This document shows positions 51,784 to 64,000 of a DNA stretch of 64,000 nt, piece by piece (positions within the stretch are counted from its first letter, which is position 1; every line of letters begins with the position of its first letter). Position numbers and translations under genes: made by a program. A model generated the notes under the pieces. It saw nothing but the letters and a program-made list of their open reading frames with translations. It was not told where the DNA came from and did no database searches. The stretch is from the human T2T-CHM13v2.0 reference genome, Homo sapiens. Location of the stretch: assembly GCF_009914755.1 (NCBI RefSeq), contig NC_060930.1. One strand, 5' to 3'.

Positions 51784-53855
51784 TTAGGTCATGCACAGGC
51801 AGATTTGAGAATGGTGATTTTAGGTTAACCTGGTTGAGGTTTGTTCAGAAAGCTTGAGAAGGGTCAGAGGTCAGTGTGATAAAGCAGACTTTGCTTCAGC
51901 TGTTAGGAGTTTCCCTCCCTGGGATAAGGGGCAAGGGCTTGATCCACCTTGTGACCCAGAACCTCAAAACCAGCCCCTTTGTACAGAGGGACAGTCAGAT
52001 GTTGAGCCAGGCTGGAAGTGTAGCTTGAACAGCATCCCCAGGGCTGAGCCCCAGGCACAAGGCCCAGGAGGAGCTGCCAGGCCCACATCTGCGGTCAAGA
52101 TTCTCACTGGGAAATTCTTACATGTTTGCAAAACGCAGCTAATGTTTCACACACCGTCTGCATGAGCAGCTGCTTTCTGTTCTTGACGTGGGCCATAGGA
52201 TCTCGAACCGGAGTGGACGTGTGTCCACATGTAATATAGACACACCCTCTCCTGATAAGTCTGAAGCAGGGTATGTCTGTAACTTCAGCTAAGGTAGGGC
52301 TCTGATGGTTCCCTGATCAACCGTGGAAGTCTAAATCAGGCCTTCCATGTGTACTAGCCAGTTTCAGCAATAGGCGTGGGTGCTTTAATTTTAGACAAGA
52401 GCAATCCTAACGCTTACAGCAGAGCCTTCCCACCAGGCTAAAAGTTCCAGAAAGTTTTATATTACAGCACCAAATCCAGTGTTATGGTTCCAATCAATTC
52501 AGGAAATAAAAAGTCTACAATTTATTTGGGTCTCTAAGACTCAGAACTCCTGGCCAAAAATGTGCCCTTTGATCTTCATCCCTTTAATCTGAAGTATTCT
52601 CTAAATGCATTTCCATTTTAACGAACAATGCCTTCTACTGGCACAATTCTCTTTATTGAAGAAACTCAGCTTGTGTTTCAGGATTCCAATCCTTGGATTA
52701 AATTCATTGTCATATATCAGTCCTAATGTGTGCCAGGTTCCTACCCTCAGTGAGCTTAGTGGCAAGGAGCAAAACTCAAGGATGTATGCTAACAACTGCA
52801 GCCAGCAGTGCTGTGCAGTGACTGCCTTCAAAAGACCAGAGCCAGGAGCAGGGCGTTCTCAGAGGGTGGCCATCACTAGACATTTGAGTTGAGTCTCAAA
52901 GAGTGGATAAGCTTTTAAGAAGAGGAGGGAGGGAAAAAGAACAGTCCAGGAAGGAGGAAAGAAAGGAGCAGTGCAGAGCATGCTTGCAGAGTTGTGGGTA
53001 ACTCAGTGTAGCCAGGAGATAAGGCAGGGGTGATGGTGGAGGTGATGGGACAGATGAGCCTGGCCAGACAGTGGAGCCAGACTGTAGTGGACCAAACTCC
53101 CTTGGATTTGCTCAAGTAAAGAGCTGATGTACACAATGCTTCAGAGGAATCTCACAGAAATGATGTGGGGTAGCGCTATTGGACCTCCAGATGCTAGAGC
53201 GTGGACAGTAGCTATTCCCAGTCACTCTCTCTGGTGGCCCATGGTTTCTTGCCACTGCTTCTCTCTGCACGCTGTGTCATCTGATCACCCATAGGGCAAC
53301 TCTAGCCCTGACTTAAGCCAACCTGCAGGCCAAGCATCTGTCACCACGGTCTCTTGATTCTTGGATCCAACTGGACAGAGACAATTTGATTAGCCAGTGG
53401 CCAATGGACTGTTTGTCCCTTGGTCAGGTGTCTACCCCTCAAATATCAGCTGTTCTGGTCGGGGGCAGGGTGGGGGTGTTATACAGTGAAAACACAACCT
53501 ACTGTGCTCACCCTTCAATAGAGGGGATAGTGTGTGTGGAAGTTGAAAGAAAGAGGCGTGGCTGGGCAGGTCCTCCAAACAGGTCTCCTTCCATGACAGT
53601 GGGGGTCAGTGGGAACTACCACATTTTTTGAGGAGGAAAATAACATAATTAAAGCTGTAATTCTGGAAGATTACTTTCTACCATGTGAAGGATAAGACTG
53701 AAGGGGAAGGAGAAGTTGCCAACACGTATCAAACATATACCACGTACCATATACCTGGCACATGTATCTGTGTACCTAGCCCCTATGATGCTAGATACTG
53801 TTTGCATATTACTTTTTCTAGTTTTCACAAGAGCCCATTTTATTTATGAGAAAAC

Positions 53856-54466
<611 letters not shown>

Positions 54467-54845
54467 GAAGCCAGAAGGGAAAGTGAAGTAACTTGCCCAA
54501 AGTCACACAGCTAGTTAGTCAATGGTAGAATTGTGATTTGAACTTAAAAGCTGTCCAGACTTGAAATTCACACCAAGCCTGAAACCTACCGGGATAGCCC
54601 CGTGTGCCTCTCTGCAGGTGCCTCATGTGCTGTGAGTTCGGACTGAGCTTGTCATCTTCTGCCTGTTTTCTATTCCTTTTCCATATCACCATCCTCCCAG
54701 TCACCTAAGCCCAAATCTCTCTAAATCTCAGTCTCCTTGTCTGTAGAACAGAGATAATAATAATGTATCCCAAAGGTTGTTCTGAGAATTAACTTAGAGG
54801 ATTCTCATGAAGTGCTTAGCACCATGCATGGTGCTGTGGTGTTGC

Positions 54846-55193
54846 CAGCTGTCCCCAACCTTTTTGGCACCAGCACCAGTTTCATGGAAGACAATTTTTC
54901 CATAGCCTGGTGGTGGGCATGGGGGTGGGGGGAGGGTTTCGGGATGAAACCATTCCACCTCAGATCATCAGGCATTAGCTTCTCATAAGGAGCCTGCAAC
55001 CTAGATCCCTTTCATGCAGTTCACAATAGGATTCAGACTCCTTTGAGAATCTAAATGCCACTGCTGATCTGACAGGAGGTGGAGCTCAGGCAGTAATGCT
55101 CACCCACCTGCCGCTCATCTCCTGCTGGGCGGCCCGGTTCCTAACAGGACACGGATTGGTACCACTCCATGACCCAAGGGTTGGGGACCCCTG
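54846..55193. mobile_element. MER1B-like hAT-Charlie DNA transposon
   Basis: Terminal inverted repeats cagctgtccccaacc / ggttggggacccctg. Confidence 0.9.
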
Positions 55194-55276
55194 GTGTCCG
55201 CAGAATTGACAGAAAGAGCAACTTATTGGCTGTGGGGAACCAAAGGAGTATGACTTGGCGTTTTATTTATCTAATA

Positions 55277-55495
55277 CAGGAGCTGGCAAACTTTTCCTAA
55301 AAAAGGCCAGATAGTAAGTATTTTCGGCATTGTAGGTCATATAGTCTCTGTTGCAACTACTCAACTTTACCATTGTTGGGCAAAACCAGCCATGGACAAG
55401 ACATAAATGAATGAGTGTGCTGTGTTTCAAGAAAACGTTATATACAAAAACAAGCAGGGGCCGACTGGACCCAAGGGTTGTCTTTTGCTGCCTCA
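55277..55495. mobile_element. MER58A-like DNA transposon
   Basis: caggagctggcaaacttttcct...ggccagatagtaagtattttcggc. Confidence 0.8.
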
Positions 55496-55699
55496 TGGTC
55501 TTTGCCCTGCCTCATCTCATGAGGGCGAGGCCATGTCTGCTTAGTTCATCGATTTTTCTCCAGGGTCTAGTGCAGTGCCTGGCCCATAGTAGACATTCCA
55601 TAAATATTTATTAAAGGAATGATTAAATGAGAGAAAGCAAACAAGCAAGAACAAAAGAAAGACTGAGAAGAGACAAAACTTTGGGATCACCTGGATATC

Positions 55700-56815
55700 T
55701 GTTACAGGGTTCTGTGTAGGAAATAGAAACCATGCTAGAGTTTTTAAGCAAAAAAGAATATAACATGAAGAATTGCAAACTTGTTGGAAAGGCTGGAAGA
55801 GAGGGCTCTAGGCTGGGCCTCCGAGGATGGCTCCCAGAATGTGGTAAAATCAATCTGTCAGGGGTGCTATCACCTCTGCCACAATCAGGAAGGAGGACTC
55901 AGGAAGCTGCCACTGGGACTGTTGACTGCAAGAACATCATGGCTGCAAGACAAGGCCAGAAAGTGGTCAGCAAGCCAGGAACAGCGTGAATTACTGCCAC
56001 CACCGCATTTGCCAGGCAGAGGAACCTAGCCACTGCCACGTCCACAAGATTCTTGATGCCCATGAAGCTGGAGAGTGGCTATCAGTAGCTCCATGATCTT
56101 GCTTTGCAGCAGAAAGTAGCCAAAAGCTGCAAGACATTGGCCTCTGCCTTCCAAGCTTTGTGCAAATAAGTCTAATTGGTGTAGCTTAACTCACAATCAT
56201 GATCCTAATGAAAAGAGACTCTGGGCAGTGTAGTTTTTAGCTTCCTAGACTCTGCAGCACCAGGAGGCACCCTAGAAAGATGTGGGAATGGATTCATGCA
56301 ACATTTAGCATAGAGTATACATTCTATTGATTGATTGCTACAAAGTAAACTATCCCAAGGTTTAATGGCTTAAAGCCACAGTCATTTGTTTTGTTCAGAA
56401 ATTTGAAATTTGGGCAGAGCTGGGTGGGTCCAGCTTGTCTCTACTTAATGATGAGTCAGCTGGGGTAGTTCAACATGGGTACCACCGTGTAAGCAAGTCC
56501 ACGCACACATGGGAGCCCAAGTGGAGAGGAACAAAAGCGCCTATCAGTAGCCCCAGCTGAGCTCCTGAGGTCAACAGCTGGCATCAACGTAGCAGTGTGT
56601 TGATGCAGAGCCATTGTGAAATGCAAGAGCCCTTGTGATAGCAGCTCCTCCGGCCACACCCGAGCTGCGCTAGCTGATGCCGTGTGGAACAGGGGTGAGC
56701 TGGCCTCGATGAGTCCTGCTCAGATTGCAGACTCGTGATCAAAATAAATGACTGTTTCTATTTCTGCCACTAAGTTTTGGAGTGGTTTGTTATGTAGTGA
56801 GAGATCACCAGTACG
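55700..56815. mobile_element. Old MaLR/ERVL LTR fragments
   Basis: Degenerate MLT1-like motifs, e.g. gccactaagttttggagtggtttgttat near 56770. Confidence 0.45.
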
Positions 56816-57714
56816 TGCAGGTTGTGCTGCATGGGAAGGAGGGAGGAGAACAGATGGGGCAATCAACAAGAAATGAAGCCGCCAAAGCCAGAGATGGGTA
56901 ATGGCTGACCTGAATGTAAGCTAGGTCTACCTCCCCCTGCACCCCAACATTCAGCCTTACCAGCTTTCTAACTTGGATGCTTCCCGAAAATCAACCAAGT
57001 ATGGTTTGGGTTGTATCTGCCCAGGTAGCAGGTCAAAGCTTGGGCTGAATGCTGGAAGAGCCCTATAATCTTATAGGTACTGCTGCGTGGGGACTCTGTC
57101 TCTCCTAGAAACTGCCCCTCAGCAATTTCTGATCATGGTGGAAGATTTAGATTTTGAAGTGGCAAACTGTCATGAAAAGGCAAAACTGACCTATGGTGGT
57201 TGTGATTTTTACACAGGGTTCCAGGAGAGTTCAGGTGATTTCAAACAACAGGGTTGTCACATATAGTTGTGCCAGTTGCATACTGCACAATTCTAAGGGG
57301 CACCATTCACATTCTAGTCATTATCCTTTTGCATATTTATTACAACAATTTCCTGGCAGATGGCAGCAAAGTGTCTTGAGGCAGGGTAGCTTTTTCGATT
57401 TGCATAAAGGCGATTTATAGCAAGTGGCAGGACGCATAGGTACAAAACTAGTATCTAATAATCTTCAGCCAGTAGCAGCGGTTGGGGATAGAGATGGAAA
57501 GAGTGGGGACGAGTATTAGGATTAGGGAAGGTCCTTTTGCTTAACCAGAATGGGCACCCAACAGATAAGAAGTATTGAGATTTGTGGGGTTCAAAGTTCA
57601 GCGTTTTGGGACCAGCAAGTTTGTAGAAGAGACAGGAATTAGTCCAACAAAGGAAACAGGTTTGCCCTGAAAGGTAGAACTCTAAGGGCTGAATTTATTT
57701 AAAAAAAAAAAAAT

Positions 57715-58006
57715 TTTTTTTTTCAGAGACAGGGTCTTGTTTTATTGCCCAGGCTGGAGTGCAGTGGCACAATCACAGCTCAATGTAGCCTTGACCTCCA
57801 GGGTTCAAGTGATCCCCTCTCACCTCAGCCTCCTGAGTAGCTGGAACTATAGGTGTGTGCCACCGTGCCCTATTAAATTTTTAATTTTAATTTTTTTAGA
57901 GACGACATCTGGCTATGTTGCCCAGGCTGTTCTCGAACTCCTGACCTCAAGCAATCCTCCCGCCTCATCCTTCCGAATAGCTGAGATTACAGGCATGAGA
58001 CACTGT
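57715..58006 (-). mobile_element. AluJ
   Basis: TSD taagggctgaattt. Confidence 0.95.
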
Positions 58007-59233
58007 GTAAGGGCTGAATTTAATAAGTAGATAATGATCTTTTGTGGAGAGATGGGGATGAAGAGAATTAATGAATATATAAGTAAAAATTTCATGATTC
58101 TAATGAGATTGGGGAGCAAGGGGTGAGGAGGAGGGAAAAGGAGGAGAGGAAGAGATATAAACATCAGCTGACATGGGTGTGCCCTGTTGAAGTGAAGGGT
58201 ATCTGGTATACCTACAAATTCCTGCCCACCTTCAACCATTCTAGGTCTGAAAATCTACATTAGTCATGAACAAATATCATAATTCACAGCAATAGTGCAG
58301 CTTCTGACTGTTAAGGTGGATTACATGATATCTTTTCATTCTGACTGATTGTAGATTGCAAAACCTTTACAGTTGGAACAATATTCTCCATTTTGCATTT
58401 GATTCTGAAACAGAATCCCAGCCAAGCACAGCTTTTTGTTTTATCTGTGTATCTTCCAAGGTCTCCTTTGCCTGCATGCATGTTGCTTTTGTTCTCAGCT
58501 TGTTGTTTTAACTATAGCTTTGCTACATTTCCATTTTTTTCCCCACTATTCAAAACAAGTACTTATTTGAATTAGAGCAGAAAAATACTGAATAGAATGA
58601 AACATGGCTTTCCCCCCTCTCATGGTGAGGTCATGGTTTAGTGGTAGCAATGACAATGATTAATGCTTTGCACTTCCATTTAGAGAACTTCAGGAAAGGG
58701 TAAACAAATATTTTCCAAAATTTGCAGGTGAGAGGAGGAAGGTGAAGTGACTTACGAAAGATTGTGCTGATTACAGTCTGATTTCTCTTCCCCTTCCCAA
58801 TTATCTTACAAATTATGCTTTGGTGAATAGTCCTAGAGCTGCTCATCTTTTAAATCAAACTAAAGTCCACTGAAGTAGGAAAATTATGCATTTTGCATAA
58901 ATGATGTGGGCAAATTATTATTCAATTTTTAACAGGGTTTTCCTATCGCTTTCCCCTGCACAATGTAATATGGTTAATTTACCAGAAAGCATTGTTATTC
59001 ATTCCCTAATTTTCTAAGCAACTGCTGCCATTTGCTTACCATTTCCTCCCTCTCTGGGAATTGACAGACCTTCCGGCTCCATTTGGGGTGGTTTGGGTTC
59101 CTGAGCAATCTCTAGAGGCTTGGCTTCCCTCCTGGTGTCTTCCAATGTTTACCCATTGGGAGGAGTCTAAAAAAAAAGAAAAGATTCACATACCTGGATT
59201 TAGTTTATGAGTGGCTTAAATGAATCCTTTTGT

Positions 59234-59235
<2 letters not shown>

Positions 59236-59268
<33 letters not shown>
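59236..59268. repeat. (AC)n microsatellite
   Basis: Read directly. Confidence 0.95.
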
Positions 59269-59270
<2 letters not shown>

Positions 59271-60883
59271 TGAAATCTCTTGCTATTTAGTGATATTTCC
59301 CCACAGTACTACGTCTATGCTTTTCATTAAAAACACTATCTGAATAATACCCATTTCATTCTCTCTTGCTTCCAATTAGCTACTCATTGATTATTACATA
59401 GTAAGCACTTGATAATTAACTAAAGGAAAACTACCCAGAACAAAACAACCAGAACACCATGCAACTGCTAGTATATACCTTCCATGATGAATGTACATAT
59501 CGCATGATGATTCAAGCGAAACAGCCTGGCTGGTAAGTGGAAGAATGACAATGGATTTGTAAATAGGAGAAAGCCTCCCACCAGCTGTTATTAAGAGAAG
59601 TAGTGAAGAGTTATTATTATTCCAAGCTTCTTTCTGGCAATTCTTTTATTCTCATACTTTATGAGAATGTGAATATGAATATATTTCAGACCATATCCTA
59701 ATCGAGACACTGGAGCCAACAACCTGCTAAAACCTTCCTCCGTCCTTGAATGCTATTATCTACCACCCCCTCTATTTAGTGGCCACCAATCAGAATAAAT
59801 GGTGTACCTATATACTGTTAATGGGGTGGCGGGAGAGGAGAGAGAGAGACAGAAAGAGAGGAGAGAAACAGAGAGACAGTGATTGAGATGCTTGTGTGTG
59901 TGTACTTTTGGTTTTTCTTCATTGAGACCCATTTGTTGATGTTTTCCATATTGAAAGCATGAGGTAACCCCTAATGGGGGCTAGAAATCAGAAGGAAACA
60001 AATCCAAAGGCAAGGAGCACCAGGCTCCGCTAAACACTATGTAACCTACTTCCATTTGTCTTTAAGAGAGTTCAGGCAGCACCTCTTCCAGGAAGCCTCC
60101 GCTGTACCCCCCCCCCCCATTCTGAGCTAGATGTTACTACTTTGCTAACAACTGTGCTTCCATCTGAGAGCTTATTGCAACGATTTTTATGGGTCTTTAT
60201 CCTTACTAGACTGTAGATATTAATTGTCTGTCTTTGAATTTCTGGGGCTAGGCCCAGGGCCTAGCCCATAATAAGTATACAACGAAAGTTTGGAGGAGTG
60301 AATGGTAAGTCTTTACACCCATCTACAGTCATATCCACCTGCATCCTGTTGCCTTGAACAGCCCTGGAAAGGACTCCTCTCATGCCAGCTTTGGTTTCTT
60401 CCTCCAAATGTGTGCAATGTCTTCATCCTTCCTACTCCCCTGGCTGCCATCTTGGTTAAGCAGGCCAACCTGACCAGACCTCTACTTCCAGGTGGCTCTG
60501 ATGACTTTCCTCTTCCTTCTCATCCTCAAACGCCCTCATCTTCTGTCTCATTCTCAGTCACTGGGCACTTTGCTGGGTGAAAAGAGGAAATTAGATGAGA
60601 GAATCCACATTAATGGGGGCTAACGTTACCTTTTCCATGTACAATATTATGGACAACATCTTCACGCTGTGCTTCTCACACAGGGCACAGGGGCTCCCTG
60701 CGTTATGCAAGGGTGTGTCAGGGACACTACAAGCCACAGGCTGGGTAACATGGCACAACTTGATGACTTGGGAAAATAATTTTTATCTGAAGACAAAGAT
60801 GGATATCTTAGGGAGTAGAATATCAACTTTTCATAAAATGACAAAGCTAAAACGAGCCTTTGAAGGCACTTTACCTAAGGCTA

Positions 60884-61250
60884 CAGCCTGGGCAGCATAG
60901 TAAGACCTTGTCTCTCCAAAAAAAAAAAAAAAAAAAAAAAAAATGTAGCCGAATGTGGTAGCATGCACCTGTAGTCCTAGCTACTTGGGAGCCTGGGGTG
61001 GGAGGATGCCTTGAGCCCAAAATGTCGACGCTGCAGTAAGCCATGATCACACCATTGCACTTTAGCCTGGATAACAGAGTGAGACCCTGTCGCCTCCCCG
61101 CATCCCCAAAAAACAAAGACTGTGGCCAGGGGTGGTGGCACATGTTTATAGTCCCAGCTACTTGGGAGACTGAAGTGGGAGGATTGCTTGAGCCCAGGAA
61201 TTTGAATCCAGCCTGGGCAACATAGTGAGACCCCATCTCAAAACCAAACG
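60884..61250 (+). mobile_element. Cluster of old Alu arms (partial left arm, long A run, right arm, extra monomer)
   Basis: AluJ/FLAM/FRAM-like homology. Confidence 0.8.
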
Positions 61251-62931
61251 GAATCAAAATAAGAGTATGTATCACTTGGTGCCATTTACTTCATGCTGTC
61301 TCTCAGGTTCCAAGAGGTACAAGTTTATCCTCACTGGCATTGTGACAGTTCTGGGGAAAGAGTTGGGAAGTATCAAGGGTGTTCACTTCAGGCTATAGAT
61401 TGGGACTTCAATCATATCTGGAACACTGGTGGCCACACATTCATAATGCTCAGGGCTAGCACTGTGGGAAGCATGCAGTCAGTCCCATGTGCTTAGCAGG
61501 TTCTTAGGTAGATGTGTCATTCGAAGGTAAACCACTGGCCCCACTGGACAGTGGGCCTCATCCACCTAACAGTCCATCCATCAGTCCAGCCAGCATCTGC
61601 CAGAAGCTCATCACTGTTCTAGGTGCAGGGAGAATAATGGTGAACCAATCAGGAAGTTTCTGTTCTCGGGCTCATAGTCTGGCAGGGCAAACACATTAGA
61701 GGAGAGCAGTATTAAACACATTGGTGGCATTAAACAGGTTATTAGAGAGTAGTAAGCCGTATGGAGAGGAGCACAGTGTTCTGGCTGTTGAGGAAGCCGT
61801 CGTTTGTCACTGGTTACGTTTTGTTAGAATGGTCCCTGCAACACTGGAAAACCATTTATTTTTATTTTCAGTGCTCAGAATTAACTTTTAAAATAAAGGT
61901 ATATTTGTCCCTCCATAGGATTCTGAATAGTTTGCATGTTGGGAAAGAATGAGGTATGATTTAGGAGTTTATTATGTATGAGAATTTTCTGGGAACATAG
62001 GTGTACATAAATTATGAATGTCTATTTGATATTTCAAATACAGTAAAGGTACTATTTTTCATTATTTTCTTCTCTGTAGTTATAAACTATTTTTGAGATA
62101 AAAAATATATTTAAAATTTGGCAATTGCTTTAGTAATCTATATCCCCCTGTATCATTTTTAGAATAAAAATGTGTTTAAGCTTCCTTCCCCTGCCCCCAA
62201 ACCAAAACCAGTCTCCTCCCTCCCTTCTAACAAATATTTTTGATAGCATAATTGAATTCCAACAGTATTGTATAATATATAGTGGTAAGAAGGTCAACAA
62301 AAGTCATTTAAACCTATTAAAATACCTTTCAGGAACAAACTGACCAAAGATCATTTTATTCCAATGCAACTTATTAGGAAATGCCTATCATGTGACATTC
62401 TTTGTCCTGAGTCATGACTAATGAACAGATGACATCCCTTTTGCTGTGGGCTTTAGTACAATTCTCTTCTGCCTGTTGTTGAAAACCATACTCTTTCAAG
62501 ATTCATGAAAGAACCATTCCAATTAATATAGTAAACATTCTTAAGACTCCCGGGGAAATTGCAGATAACATTTTGCCACACTAATGCTACTATAAAATCC
62601 TCTGGTGCCAACACTTAGCCACAGGAGGATTCCTATCTTTCTCAAAGCAGGTAAACACCTTCTGGTGCTTGTAAGGAAATCTTCAACAGTGTGGCTGTGT
62701 TTGAGGGATTATATACACTCTTAACTTTTCTCACGGAAATGCCTGGTTCCCCATACATCTTTCTGTGTCACGACTACGGCAGAGCCAAATGCATCATTTG
62801 TCTTTATCTACCCTGATGTTCTAAAGCATGGGACCCTCTGTCTCCTAGGCTTTCTAATCCTCCCAGCCCGTGAACTGATCATCAGAGGAGATCAGGAGCT
62901 ACAGAGAATGGAGTGAACAGAAATCCTTTAG

Positions 62932-63295
<364 letters not shown>

Positions 63296-63321
63296 GTTGT
63301 TTGAAAGAAGTAAAAAGAGGT

Positions 63322-63581
63322 TGGCCCAGTGGCTCACGTCTGTAATCCCAACACTGAGAGGCCAAGGCAGGAGGATTGCTTGAACTCAGGAGTTCGAGAC
63401 CAGCTTGCGGCAACATGGCAAGGCCCTATCTCTACAAAAAATAATCATGATAAAAATTAGCTAGTGTGGCTGGGAGGATCGCTTGAGGCCAGGAGGTTGA
63501 GGCTGCAGTGAACTGTGTTTGCACTACTACACTCCAGCCTGGGTGACAGAGCAAGACCCTGTCTTAAAAAAAAAGTAAAAA
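63322..63581 (+). mobile_element. AluJ with internal deletion
   Basis: Right arm lacks ~35 nt after tagctagtgtggc. Confidence 0.85.
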
Positions 63582-64000
63582 GTAATAGTTTATTAGGAAG
63601 GCTCCCTTTCCAGCAGAGGAGGGCTAGATGCCAGCTTTCCTAAGGCAACAAAGCAAATACTTATTCACTGCCAGGTTACTGAAGACAAAAAATTACTCAC
63701 CATCACCCTGACATTAAGGCGATACTTTTCTTTCTTAACAGGAGAAGTTTCTGGTCAGCAAATTCCGTTTCCTCACCCTAAGCTTGTACAACTTATGAGG
63801 AAGAGAGGCTTCTTGGGAGGTGTGGGGACTCTCTGGAATGGTCTACCTCAGGAATATCTCTTGAAAGCACATTTGCCTCTTGGAAGAAAAAACCTGGAAG
63901 TCTTTGACTTCTTTGTATTTACAGATGTTCTCTTACTTTCACTCTGCAACCTCACTCTACAGCACGCTGTTTCCTAAGAGTGCCCTTGAGGTGACCCAAG

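Overview
Primate, most likely human, genomic DNA. It is repeat-dense and mostly non-coding. The left 11 kb holds the 5' end of TRAF3IP2 (Act1/CIKS) on the minus strand: a CpG-enriched promoter (~10.2-11.3 kb), non-coding exon 1 ending at a perfect AAG|GTAAGT donor (10785), and a cassette exon encoding the MPPQLQ(E) N-terminal extension of the long isoform (6223-6205). The gene call rests on my recall of the Act1 N-terminus and 5'UTR. Plus-strand splice and poly(A) signals in this intron fit the known antisense lncRNA TRAF3IP2-AS1. The remaining ~53 kb is intergenic (from memory, FYN lies just past the right edge). It contains ~40 Alus, a 5'-inverted L1PA, older L1M/L2/MIR/MER elements, solo LTRs (LTR13, MLT2, MLT1, THE1B) and a U13 snoRNA retrocopy. 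There is no complete protein-coding gene, and most ORFs in the track are repeat-derived. Main observations: (1) three different solo LTRs stacked head-to-tail, each separated by one copy of the same 5-bp target site; (2) the TRAF3IP2 cassette exon overlaps an antisense CR1/L3 reverse-transcriptase remnant and carries several uAUGs; (3) two short locally templated duplications. Repeat family names come from recalled consensus sequences, and boundaries without a TSD are approximate.
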